Shown here in pieces: positions 39,511 through 50,392 of a DNA stretch of 64,000 nt. Below the pieces are notes generated by a model. That model saw nothing but the letters and a program-made list of their open reading frames with translations. It did no database searches and was not told the origin of the DNA. Each line of letters begins with the position of its first letter. Within the stretch, counting starts at the first letter, position 1. Source of the stretch: a phage. The translations under genes and the position numbers were made by a program. The stretch lies in NCBI GenBank assembly GCA_036253495.1, contig GCA_036253495.1_4125.1; one strand, given 5' to 3'.

Positions 39511-39933
39511 ATGAAGTATTATAAAATTCGTATCATTACCAGTTCAGGGGCATCAGCGTGGATTTTTTATGATCTTCCAGATTCATATACCATCGATGAT
39601 GTAAAAGATTTATACTACGAAGATAACAATTGGGTTTTTGATTTAGAATCCAAAAGTGTAGAGATTGATGAGATTACTGAACAAGAATACAAGATTGGCA
39701 CACAAGCTATGAAGTACTTTGAACGTAATCTTAAAATGTTACAGGAAAATGTGTTCCCTGTAAAAGAATGGGCAATTCTCCTTGCTAATTCCAATAAACC
39801 TGTTAGAATTGGTTATCCAAACTTTCATATGGTATATCGTATGAATGAAAATCGTGAATTGAGTTATCAATTTGATTACGATGCTGCTAAGTTTGGTGTT
39901 CTGAAATCGTTTGAAAAGGCATATCCAGTATGA
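39511..39933 (+). CDS. hypothetical protein
   Basis: Start moved to ATG 39511 (GAGGA SD). Confidence 0.5.
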   Translation: MKYYKIRIITSSGASAWIFYDLPDSYTIDDVKDLYYEDNNWVFDLESKSVEIDEITEQEYKIGTQAMKYFERNLKMLQENVFPVKEWAILLANSNKPVRIGYPNFHMVYRMNENRELSYQFDYDAAKFGVLKSFEKAYPV

Positions 39934-40265
39934 GTAAAGATAGCAAAGAGTTTATGTTGCGTTGTACTTGTGGTGATAAAAATGAACATTGTGTTCACAT
40001 TGCACAATTTGACTTGACAGAAGAACACGGTGATGATAAACTTGGTCAATGTACAGTCAGTATGCGTTTGAATCCTTTTCTTAAATGGTACAAGCGTGTA
40101 TGGGTTGCAGTGAAGTATGTTTTTGGTCGCAATGACTTTCATTACGTAGAAGCTGAAATTGATGTTGACATTCTTAAAGAAGTTGTGTTACAATTAGATG
40201 ATACACGAACTGATGAGGAAAAGAAAGACGCACGAGATAAACGTACTGATGTGAAGGTTTTATGA
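39930..40265 (+). CDS. hypothetical Cys-containing protein
   Basis: 111-aa ORF; ATGA overlap. Confidence 0.5.
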   Translation: MSKDSKEFMLRCTCGDKNEHCVHIAQFDLTEEHGDDKLGQCTVSMRLNPFLKWYKRVWVAVKYVFGRNDFHYVEAEIDVDILKEVVLQLDDTRTDEEKKDARDKRTDVKVL

Positions 40266-40456
40266 ACGTCGAGTTGATTGAAAAAAAGTACTGTACAAAT
40301 TGCAATACAGCGTATACAATACAAGGTATGTTAGTTTGTACAACATGTCAGGCAACAGAAACAGCAACATTTTTGGTTGATGACCGATTCAGTGATTTGA
40401 AACAATTCAAAGCTAATCGCAATCTCCGTAACTTTAGTGATATGAATAAGGAATGA
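40262..40456 (+). CDS. small zinc-ribbon-like protein
   Basis: 64 aa; CTNCN...CTTCQ. Confidence 0.45.
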   Translation: MNVELIEKKYCTNCNTAYTIQGMLVCTTCQATETATFLVDDRFSDLKQFKANRNLRNFSDMNKE

Positions 40457-40890
40457 ATATGAATCTTGAACAAGTAATCCGTAACAACCCATTCTTCGCA
40501 GAAAACCCTTCTCGTGTAATTGAAGCGATTAAAGTTGAAGAGCTAATGATTACCGTCAAATATAAAGAAGAAGGTGATGAAATTAGTAGCGTAGTATGTG
40601 CTCTTCGTGCACCTTTCCGTAAAGAAGCAGCTAAGAAACCAGCATATGTACTATCTATCTGCTTGGGTTGTGTAGTTAAACTGGTTGTTGATGAAAATAG
40701 TTTCAACATCAAGGTTGCACCAACTAATGATGATGAGAATGTTGATCTCAACTTTGATGGTGGGTTGCCAGAAGAAGAATTCTTCCAACAGTCACTTGTT
40801 GTAGATTTCCGTTCAGTAACTTATGACCATATCAAACTAATCAATGAAATGGTTGATATCGTCGCTAAGTTCGAAGAAGAAACCGCATAA
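40453..40890 (+). CDS. family-1 paralog (C-terminal PEEEFFQQSLVV motif)
   Basis: 145 aa; shared motif [ST]EEx[YFL]F[QM]xS[LT][VI] about 40 aa from C-terminus. Confidence 0.55.
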   Translation: MNMNLEQVIRNNPFFAENPSRVIEAIKVEELMITVKYKEEGDEISSVVCALRAPFRKEAAKKPAYVLSICLGCVVKLVVDENSFNIKVAPTNDDENVDLNFDGGLPEEEFFQQSLVVDFRSVTYDHIKLINEMVDIVAKFEEETA

Positions 40891-40903
40891 TATAAAAAGA
40901 AAT

Positions 40904-40930
40904 AAGGCTCTCAATCGGGAGCCTTATATT
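40904..40930 (+). terminator. probable terminator
   Basis: AAGGCTC-loop-GAGCCTT hairpin; weak T-tract. Confidence 0.45.
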
Positions 40931-40967
40931 CATTTGTTAAATAAGACAAAGTAAAGGAGTACTTAAT

Positions 40968-41519
40968 ATGATCGAACAAATTCAAAAATTCACGAACCAA
41001 ATTGTAAATTTCCTAGCAGATAAAGAAGGATTCAGTACTGAAGTTACACATCACGGTGTTAACCTTAACGTTACTGCACCAAGCGGTGATGTAACGTCAT
41101 ATGACATGTATGAGTTATTGCTTTATACAATGGCAGTACGCAAAATAGGTTCTGATATAGAGCTAAACATCAATACTGATGACAAAGGGAACAATATTTT
41201 TGCTATTAATACGGATGCTAAACTTGATGTAATTGCAGAAATTCAAAAAATTAACGAGTCATTTATTAATTTCCAACATGATACGATACAATCCGTTTTT
41301 ATTGGTCATCAAACATCTGAAAGTGTTTGCCCTTTTTGTGTAATGACTCTCTATAAGAATGGTAATTGGATGCGTCATGATTTGGCTAAAGCTGAAGTTC
41401 TTTATGCCATTACACATGGTATGAAACTTGAACTAGATGACAGTGCTTTTGTCTTTAAGAAACTAAGAAAATTAACACTAGATGTTCAGACTAAATTAAA
41501 AGAGCTTAATGATAAATAA
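40968..41519 (+). CDS. hypothetical protein
   Basis: 183-aa ORF with AAGGAG SD. Confidence 0.55.
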   Translation: MIEQIQKFTNQIVNFLADKEGFSTEVTHHGVNLNVTAPSGDVTSYDMYELLLYTMAVRKIGSDIELNINTDDKGNNIFAINTDAKLDVIAEIQKINESFINFQHDTIQSVFIGHQTSESVCPFCVMTLYKNGNWMRHDLAKAEVLYAITHGMKLELDDSAFVFKKLRKLTLDVQTKLKELNDK

Positions 41520-41630
41520 TTATGCCAGTAATGGCTAACATATTATTATGTTATTTTTCCTCCCTTCTATAATAAAATTAATTTATTATATTTTCCATTT
41601 CTTATTGTACATTTTATATCTTTTCGTACT

Positions 41631-41653
41631 GCCCCTCCCAGGGGCATTTTTTA
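41631..41653 (+). terminator. intrinsic terminator
   Basis: GCCCC-TCCCA-GGGGC hairpin then ATTTTTT. Confidence 0.6.
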
Positions 41654-41667
41654 TATTAGGATAAAGT

Positions 41668-42063
41668 ATGTTAGGTAGTAGAATAGGCAGCATCGTCACA
41701 ATTAAACTTTCTTATTATCTAAATGATTTTTCAAAGATCGATTTATCAAAATATCAGCAATCATCATTCTATTATGAATCATCTGAGCATAAATTTTCTA
41801 TCAGCAAAGAACCGGTAAAACTAAAGTATCAGGGGGTTGCAGAAAAGAATGAATTCGTGTATGATTATGGTATGGACAAAATTGTATTCACTGAATATAC
41901 TAAGGGTACAAGACCTACATGGAAAGCGGATTATCATAGAAAATCATTCATCAATATACATAAGTATCTTGATGAAGAGCATTACTTTCAACAGTTGCTT
42001 TTGGAGGATTTACCATTCACTATTGATGATCTAAAAACATTATTTAAGTACTATGCGATATAG
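41668..42063 (+). CDS. family-1 paralog (DEEHYFQQLLL motif)
   Basis: 131 aa; divergent copy of the family motif. Confidence 0.5.
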   Translation: MLGSRIGSIVTIKLSYYLNDFSKIDLSKYQQSSFYYESSEHKFSISKEPVKLKYQGVAEKNEFVYDYGMDKIVFTEYTKGTRPTWKADYHRKSFINIHKYLDEEHYFQQLLLEDLPFTIDDLKTLFKYYAI

Positions 42064-42080
42064 TACTAAAGGAGATACAT

Positions 42081-42515
42081 ATGATTATATCATTCAAAAA
42101 AGTACTAAAATATTTCCAAAATAATAAACTTAAAGATATGAAAGTACGTGTCAATTTCTTTGCTAAAAGTGTGTGGTTTTGTACAGAGGATGAAATTAAG
42201 GTTAATGTAAGATTAACTGATTCATATGAAATAATTCGCCTGTACGCAACCATTGATGGTGTGGATACCAAGATATCATACATTTCAACTAGTGGTACGT
42301 TGATCATGAGTACGCGAGAAAATGAAACTGATACATTCAATGAAATTAAGATAGAAAACATCCATGAAATCACATCTGAAGAGATACTATTTCAACGTTC
42401 ACTTGTTGACAATGTACTAGATTTAACATATGATAATATCATACTAATTCACAAACTGCATGATGAGGCAAAAGCGTTTGCTCTAACCAAATTCGGAGAA
42501 TTGGATGATAAGTGA
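42081..42515 (+). CDS. family-1 paralog (TSEEILFQRSLV motif)
   Basis: 144 aa; family motif plus conserved following helix. Confidence 0.55.
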   Translation: MIISFKKVLKYFQNNKLKDMKVRVNFFAKSVWFCTEDEIKVNVRLTDSYEIIRLYATIDGVDTKISYISTSGTLIMSTRENETDTFNEIKIENIHEITSEEILFQRSLVDNVLDLTYDNIILIHKLHDEAKAFALTKFGELDDK

Positions 42516-42930
42516 CCTGTTGAATATTGATATCACTAAACTAAAAATTACCGATTGTGGTATGTGTGTCAATGATAAACGTAAGATTGATTATGCTATA
42601 CTTACTGATGGCAATAAATCTCTTTGGTATGATAAATCTGTAGGAATTCAATTTAGACATAGTTCTAGTATTGAAAAGTATTCAGAGACATTAGATTACA
42701 TAAGTAATGGTAGTATTATCTATGTAAAATATTCAGAATCTGGAAAAATTACAAATACCATTACATTCAATGAAAAGAAGTACACTGAAGAAGAATTCTT
42801 TATGGTTAGTACTTTGTATGATTTTGGGTGTATCAGATACTGTGATTATGTTAAAACATTGGACATTTCCAATAAGATCTATTCGATACTTGAGCAATAT
42901 GAAAAGGAGATAGTAGATGACAGTAAGTAA
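42505..42930 (+). CDS. family-1 paralog (TEEEFFMVSTL variant)
   Basis: 141 aa; Q replaced by M. Confidence 0.5.
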   Translation: MISDLLNIDITKLKITDCGMCVNDKRKIDYAILTDGNKSLWYDKSVGIQFRHSSSIEKYSETLDYISNGSIIYVKYSESGKITNTITFNEKKYTEEEFFMVSTLYDFGCIRYCDYVKTLDISNKIYSILEQYEKEIVDDSK

Positions 42931-43327
42931 ATGTTACATTATCATTCGTGAAGACTTAGATATGCCAGTTGGGAAGCTTGCTGCTCAGGCGGGTCATGCG
43001 GTTGATTCTATCTGGTCCACGATTACCGTTGCTGGTACATCAATTCGTGGTTGTAATGCTGTTGGTGAGAACCCAAGAGATGAAGATGAAAAGATCCTGA
43101 ACGATTTCAGTACTTGGGTACAGGACGGTCGTCGCAAGATTATCTTAAAGGCTAAATCTGAAGAACAGATGCTTAATCTATTCGATAAAGTGAAAGCTGA
43201 AGGATTCACTGCAACTAAGATTCATGATTATGGATTCAACCATTTTGATGGTCTAACATTAACTGGATTCGTTGTGTTCCCGTGCACTGACGAAGTTAAA
43301 GCATTGAAAAGGGTAAGATTATGGTAG
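42917..43327 (+). CDS. peptidyl-tRNA hydrolase, PTH2 family
   Basis: 136 aa; CYIIIREDLDMPVGKLAAQAGHAV and KIILKAKSEEQMLNLFDKVKAEGF...TGFVVFP parallel archaeal/eukaryotic Pth2 (recall). Confidence 0.7.
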   Translation: MTVSKCYIIIREDLDMPVGKLAAQAGHAVDSIWSTITVAGTSIRGCNAVGENPRDEDEKILNDFSTWVQDGRRKIILKAKSEEQMLNLFDKVKAEGFTATKIHDYGFNHFDGLTLTGFVVFPCTDEVKALKRVRLW

Positions 43328-43701
43328 ATGAATTGGATAGAAAAATTGATGCTTTGTATAAATCAATTGAAACCAATGAGGTTACTGTATATTATGGGAG
43401 ACAGAGTGTACAACAATCAAATTCATGTTTACGTTTAACCATAACCTTAGATTCAAGAGATAATCCATATACTTGTGTTTTCAAAGAAAGAAACACCATT
43501 GAATGGATTGGTTGGTATATAGATGACCGTCTTTCATACCTTTATGATTTTGAAAATTATGATAGTTCAGAAGTTTACTTGAATTCAACTGAAGAAGAAT
43601 TATTTCAACTATCATTAATTGAAAAACATGTAATGTCATATGACAATTTACAAAAAATCAAGTCAATAATGAATTATGCTCTATCTAAGGTAAAGCAATG
43701 A
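43321..43701 (+). CDS. family-1 paralog (STEEELFQLSLI)
   Basis: 126 aa; family motif. Confidence 0.55.
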   Translation: MVDELDRKIDALYKSIETNEVTVYYGRQSVQQSNSCLRLTITLDSRDNPYTCVFKERNTIEWIGWYIDDRLSYLYDFENYDSSEVYLNSTEEELFQLSLIEKHVMSYDNLQKIKSIMNYALSKVKQ

Positions 43702-44138
43702 ACATTAAATTAGTTAAAAAATATATCAGTACTTTTAATAAAATTAAATTTATCAACGATGGTTTGACTGATCCTGAAGAACAAATTAAAAATACCACAT
43801 ACGTAGGTCAGAATTGCTTTAAGATTATTATTGAAAATAATGTATTATCATTATCAGTTAATAATCTGGTATATGGTGATCAGATGTATATCGTGCACAA
43901 TGTTAATAACAATAACTTAGAAATTATGCTTCGTGATGATAATGTTATCAAAATATATCAGGTACAAAATGTAAGTGAATGCACTACTGAAGAGGGGTAT
44001 TTCCAGGAATCACTGGTTCAAACATTTAATATTGATTTCAAGGATTTAAAATATCTCATGAGTACGCTAACAAAAATGCGTTCAGCTATCTTTAACATCT
44101 TTTTTATTGATGAACAGCGACAAATGGATGTAAAATGA
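43698..44138 (+). CDS. family-1 paralog (TTEEGYFQESLV)
   Basis: 146 aa; family motif. Confidence 0.55.
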   Translation: MNIKLVKKYISTFNKIKFINDGLTDPEEQIKNTTYVGQNCFKIIIENNVLSLSVNNLVYGDQMYIVHNVNNNNLEIMLRDDNVIKIYQVQNVSECTTEEGYFQESLVQTFNIDFKDLKYLMSTLTKMRSAIFNIFFIDEQRQMDVK

Positions 44139-44557
44139 ACCCAAGAGATTGTTTTGATTTGTTAAAGGGAATGCCTATAGATTCACTAGTACCTGATAAT
44201 AGGTTTGAGCACAATCTTGATTTTCATGGTGAAAATTACAATGTATATATAAGCTACAGTGATGATGAGAGTGAAGAACTAACATTTGTGTTCATTTATA
44301 ATGTTTTTGAAGGTGATAAGTTGTTGGATGTTGAAATTGCATCATATACTGTCACAAATCAATACGTTATCGAAGATGATCTTCGAAACAAATTTGATAT
44401 AACACTGTACAGTACTGAAGAAGAGTTGTTTCAGTTAAGTACTATCAGTGATGTGTGCACAACTGTCGAAGAGTTAGCAGACGTTAAGAAAATCATTGAC
44501 ACTGTGTACAACAAGATATACAATACATTCCATATTGAGAAACAATTAAAAGGGTAA
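44135..44557 (+). CDS. family-1 paralog (STEEELFQLSTI)
   Basis: 140 aa; family motif. Confidence 0.55.
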   Translation: MNPRDCFDLLKGMPIDSLVPDNRFEHNLDFHGENYNVYISYSDDESEELTFVFIYNVFEGDKLLDVEIASYTVTNQYVIEDDLRNKFDITLYSTEEELFQLSTISDVCTTVEELADVKKIIDTVYNKIYNTFHIEKQLKG

Positions 44558-44561
44558 CAAA

Positions 44562-44822
44562 GTGACTACAGTTGTTCGTAAACGCCACATGATGAATATG
44601 GATGAATTCCGTACATTTGACAAATATCGCACTATGTTTCGTATGCTGACACAGGGGCGACCAATTGTCATTGTAACAGAAAATTACATGTCACCTGAAA
44701 TCATGTTTGGTAATTATGAAAAGGTTTTCATGTTGTATGTGAAGCGTGGATTGTTAACTATCAAGACCTTAGCAGAAGCAACTGATGAAGACATGGATGG
44801 TGATAACACATTCACTATGTGA
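44562..44822 (+). CDS. hypothetical protein
   Basis: 86 aa; GTG start 8 nt after AAGGG. Confidence 0.45.
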   Translation: MTTVVRKRHMMNMDEFRTFDKYRTMFRMLTQGRPIVIVTENYMSPEIMFGNYEKVFMLYVKRGLLTIKTLAEATDEDMDGDNTFTM

Positions 44823-44898
44823 GGAACTATGAGCGAAAAACCAAAAGAACCATTAGATCGTGATGATGATTACTACGACGAACGTTATGGTGATAAAG

Positions 44899-45150
44899 AT
44901 GAGTGAACATAATGCAGTACTAAAAAAGATTTTAAATGATTTGGGTAGTGAATTTGAAGTTTCAGACGAAGAATATGAATTTTGGAAAAAGGATTTTGAA
45001 CAACTGTCCGAGAGTGATAAAGTGTTCAATATGATTGGTGTTGTCAGTCAGTACTTACTCGGTGGTGGTCGTGCTAGTGCTTCAATCCTTGCATCGGCAA
45101 TCATCTGTACTGCCCGATGGTGTCAAGAAAAAAGTATTGACGCTTTCTAA
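44899..45150 (+). CDS. hypothetical protein
   Basis: Start moved to ATG 44899. Confidence 0.4.
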   Translation: MSEHNAVLKKILNDLGSEFEVSDEEYEFWKKDFEQLSESDKVFNMIGVVSQYLLGGGRASASILASAIICTARWCQEKSIDAF

Positions 45151-45208
45151 ATTAGGAGATATAATGTTTGTATCAGAGAGAAAGAATGTATAAGGAATTA
45201 TATTTTGC

Positions 45209-45237
45209 TTGACAATGGAGCAATAATATTATACAAT
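45209..45237 (+). promoter_or_regulatory. sigma70-type promoter (TTGACA-17-TACAAT)
   Basis: Consensus -35, 17-nt spacer, in 290-bp intergenic region before the methyltransferase gene. Confidence 0.5.
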
Positions 45238-45387
45238 TAATCAATCTTATACAACGAGGAAACTCCAATTGAAATATGTAATGCTCCTTATTCCAGTGGG
45301 GTCATTCCGTGAAATTCTACCTACTGATGTACTGGATGGTCTTAAAAAGAGAAATCCACATAAGTTTTAAATAGTATTAAAAAGGAC

Positions 45388-45424
45388 AATACTGGGCGAA
45401 TATTCGTCCAGTATTTTATTTTAT
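45388..45424 (+). terminator. intrinsic terminator
   Basis: AATACTGGGCGAATATTCGTCCAGTATT palindrome followed by TTATTTTA. Confidence 0.6.
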
Positions 45425-45436
45425 AAAGGATTATAG

Positions 45437-47335
45437 ATGGAACCGATACGTGTACTATCACTATTCAATGGGATGAGTGTTGGGTATATGGCCTTGCAAA
45501 GTGCAGGAATACCAGTTGAAAAGTACTACTCATCTGAAATTGATAAATTTGCTATAGCTGAATCCCAGGCTAACTTTCCTGATATCATCCAATTGGGTGA
45601 TGTAACTAGATGGAAAGAATGGGATATCGAATGGGACAAGATAGATCTTCTGATGGGTGGTTTTCCTTGCTTCCCAGCAGGAACCATGATCATGACAAAT
45701 GAAGGTCATAAAGATATAAAAGATATAAAAATTGGTGATATGGTTCTTACACACACTGGACAATACCAAAAAGTATTGAGTATTGGTAGCAAGATTGCAC
45801 CAACAAGAATCATCACAGGTCAGGGACATATACCAATTGAATGCACTGATAATCATCCATTTTATGCGAGAAAAATGAGCAAGAAGTGGGATAATGAAAA
45901 ACGACAATATGTTCGTGAATATACAGAACCTACATGGATCGATGCACATGAACTCACAGAAGAACATGCTATATGTAATGTTCGTTGTAATGTGAATTTT
46001 CAACATAACAAGAGTGAAAGCTTTTGGTATTTCATGGGTAGATTTATGGGTGATGGATGGACTTACAAAGTAAAACGACAAAATAGAAAAAATAGTTATC
46101 AATATCGTGTTTTTATTTGCTGTGCTCATGATGAATTTGATGAATTGGTTTCATGTTTTGATGGTATGAATATGAAATATAATTTTGTTAAAGAAAGAAC
46201 ATCTTATAAATTCTATATTTGTTCAAAAGAACTAGTTGAATTTTGTGAACAAATGGGTAAGGGTGCTTCAAATAAACAAGTACACCCCACACTTTTCACT
46301 GAAAGTATCGCTAATCAGAAAGCATTCATTGATGGTTATTTTGACGCAGATGGTCACCATGACAAGAAAGATGATTGTTTAAAATTTACATCAACATCAA
46401 AGAATGTTATTCTTGGTATACAACAACTAATTATGAATGTGTATGGTCGTCATTCTAACATAACATACTTTAAACCGTCTGAAACAAAAGTTATAGAAGA
46501 ACGTGTTGTTAATCAGAAGCCGTATTACGTATTAACATACAAAAAAGAAAAGCACCGAAAAGATGAAGCATTCTATGATGATGGGTCATATTCATGGGTA
46601 AAAGGTGTTAAATCGAACACCACAACCGGAGAATGGAAAACCGTTTACAATATTGAAGTTGCAGTAGATAACACATATACGGCGAACAATATTGTAGTTC
46701 ATAACTGCCAAGCGTGGTCAGTTGCTGGGAAACAAGGCGGTGTGAATGATCCTCGTGGTATGTTATTCCATACAATGGTTGATATTTACCAGCACATAAA
46801 AAGTCTCAATCCTAACTTGAAAGTTCTTTTTGAGAATGTTAAGATGAAGGAAGATTTCAAGGATTATATCAATGGCGTGTTGGAAATGACACCAATTTTG
46901 ATAAACTCCCAGCATTACACGCCTCACTTCAGGCAACGTTACTACTGGTACAGTACTGATAAGTTATTCATACCACCTGCAATATCCAAAGCCCCAAAGC
47001 TTCAAGATATACTTGATGATGGTTGGTACACAGACAGAACCGCTTCGTACTGTATTGATGCCAATTACTTCAAGGGTGGAGATCCGAATCAGTACTTCAA
47101 TAAGTCAAGAAGACAAATCGTTTTCAAAGACCCTGATATCAACAGGAACTTCCTGATTGAGAAGGGTAAACGAAATGTGGACTATCGACATTTGACAGTG
47201 CAAGAGTGTTGCATTTTACAGGGAGTTGATGTAAACTATTTCAAAGTGTCAAGTAACACACAAGCGTACAAAATGCTTGGTAATGGCTGGACAGCACCTG
47301 TTATAGAACATTTACTTCGTGATATATTCTTTTAA
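45437..47335 (+). CDS. DNA (cytosine-5)-methyltransferase precursor interrupted by an intein
   Basis: 632-aa ORF; exteins carry motif I LFNGMSVG, IV GGFP|CQAWSVAG (split), VI LFENV, VIII RQRYYW, X GNGWTAPV; mature enzyme about 286 aa. Confidence 0.8.
   Translation: MEPIRVLSLFNGMSVGYMALQSAGIPVEKYYSSEIDKFAIAESQANFPDIIQLGDVTRWKEWDIEWDKIDLLMGGFPCFPAGTMIMTNEGHKDIKDIKIGDMVLTHTGQYQKVLSIGSKIAPTRIITGQGHIPIECTDNHPFYARKMSKKWDNEKRQYVREYTEPTWIDAHELTEEHAICNVRCNVNFQHNKSESFWYFMGRFMGDGWTYKVKRQNRKNSYQYRVFICCAHDEFDELVSCFDGMNMKYNFVKERTSYKFYICSKELVEFCEQMGKGASNKQVHPTLFTESIANQKAFIDGYFDADGHHDKKDDCLKFTSTSKNVILGIQQLIMNVYGRHSNITYFKPSETKVIEERVVNQKPYYVLTYKKEKHRKDEAFYDDGSYSWVKGVKSNTTTGEWKTVYNIEVAVDNTYTANNIVVHNCQAWSVAGKQGGVNDPRGMLFHTMVDIYQHIKSLNPNLKVLFENVKMKEDFKDYINGVLEMTPILINSQHYTPHFRQRYYWYSTDKLFIPPAISKAPKLQDILDDGWYTDRTASYCIDANYFKGGDPNQYFNKSRRQIVFKDPDINRNFLIEKGKRNVDYRHLTVQECCILQGVDVNYFKVSSNTQAYKMLGNGWTAPVIEHLLRDIFF
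45668..46705 (+). mobile_element. intein with LAGLIDADG homing-endonuclease domain
   Basis: 346 codons in frame; starts Cys (CFPAGT), block B TDNH, LAGLIDADG-like FMGRFMGDGW and FIDGYFDADGH, ends VVHN before extein Cys; removal restores GGFP-CQAWSVAG. Confidence 0.75.
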
Positions 47336-47350
47336 CCATTAGAGGCACAA

Positions 47351-48735
<1,385 letters not shown>

Positions 48736-48739
<4 letters not shown>

Positions 48740-49179
48740 CAGTACTGCACCAATTAAAGAAAGTTAAACATCCGGTAGTTTATAATGATTGGCTACGCCA
48801 GAAGGAGATGGGGGACTTTTACTACCCAAAGTCTAAAGTACTGGCAACGTCAAAAACTATATACCTGAAATATAACGATGAAGATTGTTTGTGTATTCAA
48901 ATGGGATTCCATCCTAAAGTTGGATTGTTTACATCAAATCAAACATTTTATAAATTTAGAATTCAAAAAGATACATTTAGTATTCACATTGAAAAGCATG
49001 ACGTAGAAGATACAATATATCGTGTGGAAAGTGAGCCTTTGAATCTTGTTGGGATTCCGTACAATAATTTAGAAGAAATGTACTTTCAGCAGTTGACAAT
49101 ACAAGAAGACTTTGGTATGATAGGACTTCAAGAGTTAGAGATGATTAAACAAATTCGTGATATCTACTTTAAGGAGTAA
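48736..49179 (+). CDS. family-1 paralog (LEEMYFQQLTI)
   Basis: Start moved to ATG 48736 (ATGA overlap); family motif. Confidence 0.5.
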
Positions 49180-49181
49180 TT

Positions 49182-49325
49182 ATGCCAGTGCGTAACAGTA
49201 CATCACGCTTTACACTTCAACAGAAAGCAGATCTTCTGAATATGGCTAATAAAGATTCTAATTTTTACTATCTAGTACTTGGTGGTTCAGTTGAAAAGAT
49301 TGATCTACGCGAGTGTATGAAATAA
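49182..49325 (+). CDS. small hypothetical protein (47 aa)
   Basis: Strong AAGGAG SD; below track cutoff. Confidence 0.4.
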   Translation: MPVRNSTSRFTLQQKADLLNMANKDSNFYYLVLGGSVEKIDLRECMK

Positions 49326-49337
49326 TAAGGGGACAAA

Positions 49338-49508
49338 ATGAGTCTGAGTGAATCCTGGAAACAGTTCAAAGAAGAGATTGGTTATCGTGGTGTATCGAGT
49401 GAACCAATCAATCGTACTGAAAGCATTAAGGCCAGTACTAACGGTACTACCTATGACCGATATGACCCACGATACGGGTTACATGAAGAAGTCAAAAAAG
49501 AAGATTGA
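49338..49508 (+). CDS. small hypothetical protein (56 aa)
   Basis: ATG with AAGGGGA SD; preferred over overlapping track ORF 49348..49548. Confidence 0.4.
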   Translation: MSLSESWKQFKEEIGYRGVSSEPINRTESIKASTNGTTYDRYDPRYGLHEEVKKED

Positions 49509-49571
49509 CAATATATCGAGAGTGTGTGATAATACTCTCGTCTTTTAATTAAACAAAAAGGTAAAATAAAA

Positions 49572-50138
49572 ATGGCTGGATGTGAAAAGATTTGTGAATA
49601 CTGTGATGAATACATTGGACATGAAATGTATCACCATAAACGTAACCATATTCAAGTACTATCTAAGCACAGAAAACATTTCCGTGGTAAAGAGGCAACT
49701 CTTTTTGTTTTTGAAAATGGTTTGAAAGAAGTTTGGAAATCAGGTGGTAAATCCGACGCATCATTGGAATGTGTGAATCCCAATCCTACAGAAGAGAATT
49801 GGGATAATTATGAATACTTCCGCATGTTTAAACGTACACCGTGGGGTAAATCCGAATGCTATGCTGTGTTTTTTGAAAACCTCGATGAATACAAAGCTGC
49901 ACTGAAACAGATCCAGCAACGACTGGTAATGGAATATGCATATTACCTGTATGTACCAGATGTACCAGGTAAAGTCGGTGGTATGTATCTTAACTTCTCA
50001 ACTGATCTGAGTGCAGTTAAGCGTCGTTTGCGTCGTCTGGTAGGCACACGCAATCTTAAAATCAAATACATGAAAGGTGATTTCTGCGATTTCTATAATG
50101 AACAGAAATTGGTTAGAATCGGTTCAGAGGACATGTAA
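49572..50138 (+). CDS. hypothetical protein
   Basis: 188 aa; N-terminal Cys/His cluster (CEKICEYCDEYIGHEMYHHKRNH). Confidence 0.5.
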   Translation: MAGCEKICEYCDEYIGHEMYHHKRNHIQVLSKHRKHFRGKEATLFVFENGLKEVWKSGGKSDASLECVNPNPTEENWDNYEYFRMFKRTPWGKSECYAVFFENLDEYKAALKQIQQRLVMEYAYYLYVPDVPGKVGGMYLNFSTDLSAVKRRLRRLVGTRNLKIKYMKGDFCDFYNEQKLVRIGSEDM

Positions 50139-50392
50139 TGGAACATCTTAAAACTATATGGGAACAAGTGAAAATCATCGTTGAATGTGTGGTATTCGCT
50201 CTTATGTCCTTAATCACAATTGTAGTTGCTTTGATTCCATCCATCATTTATCAATATAATGGTGGAACTAACACTGATATTGACTTAGCATTGCGTATAT
50301 TAGGTTTTGTGATTTGGCTCCTATTTGTTGTTTGGGTGATGAACCGTAAAAGTCCATATGAGCAAGATGAGAAATCGGATAATGAGTATTGA
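50138..50392 (+). CDS. small membrane protein
   Basis: 84 aa; two hydrophobic helices. Confidence 0.45.
   Translation: MEHLKTIWEQVKIIVECVVFALMSLITIVVALIPSIIYQYNGGTNTDIDLALRILGFVIWLLFVVWVMNRKSPYEQDEKSDNEY

Noticed and set aside
45530-46129. 199-aa minus-strand ORF
   Set aside because: Antisense to the methyltransferase/intein ORF, whose frame carries clear conserved motifs
49348-49548. 66-aa track ORF
   Set aside because: An overlapping 56-codon ORF in another frame (49338..49508) has a good SD and a more protein-like translation
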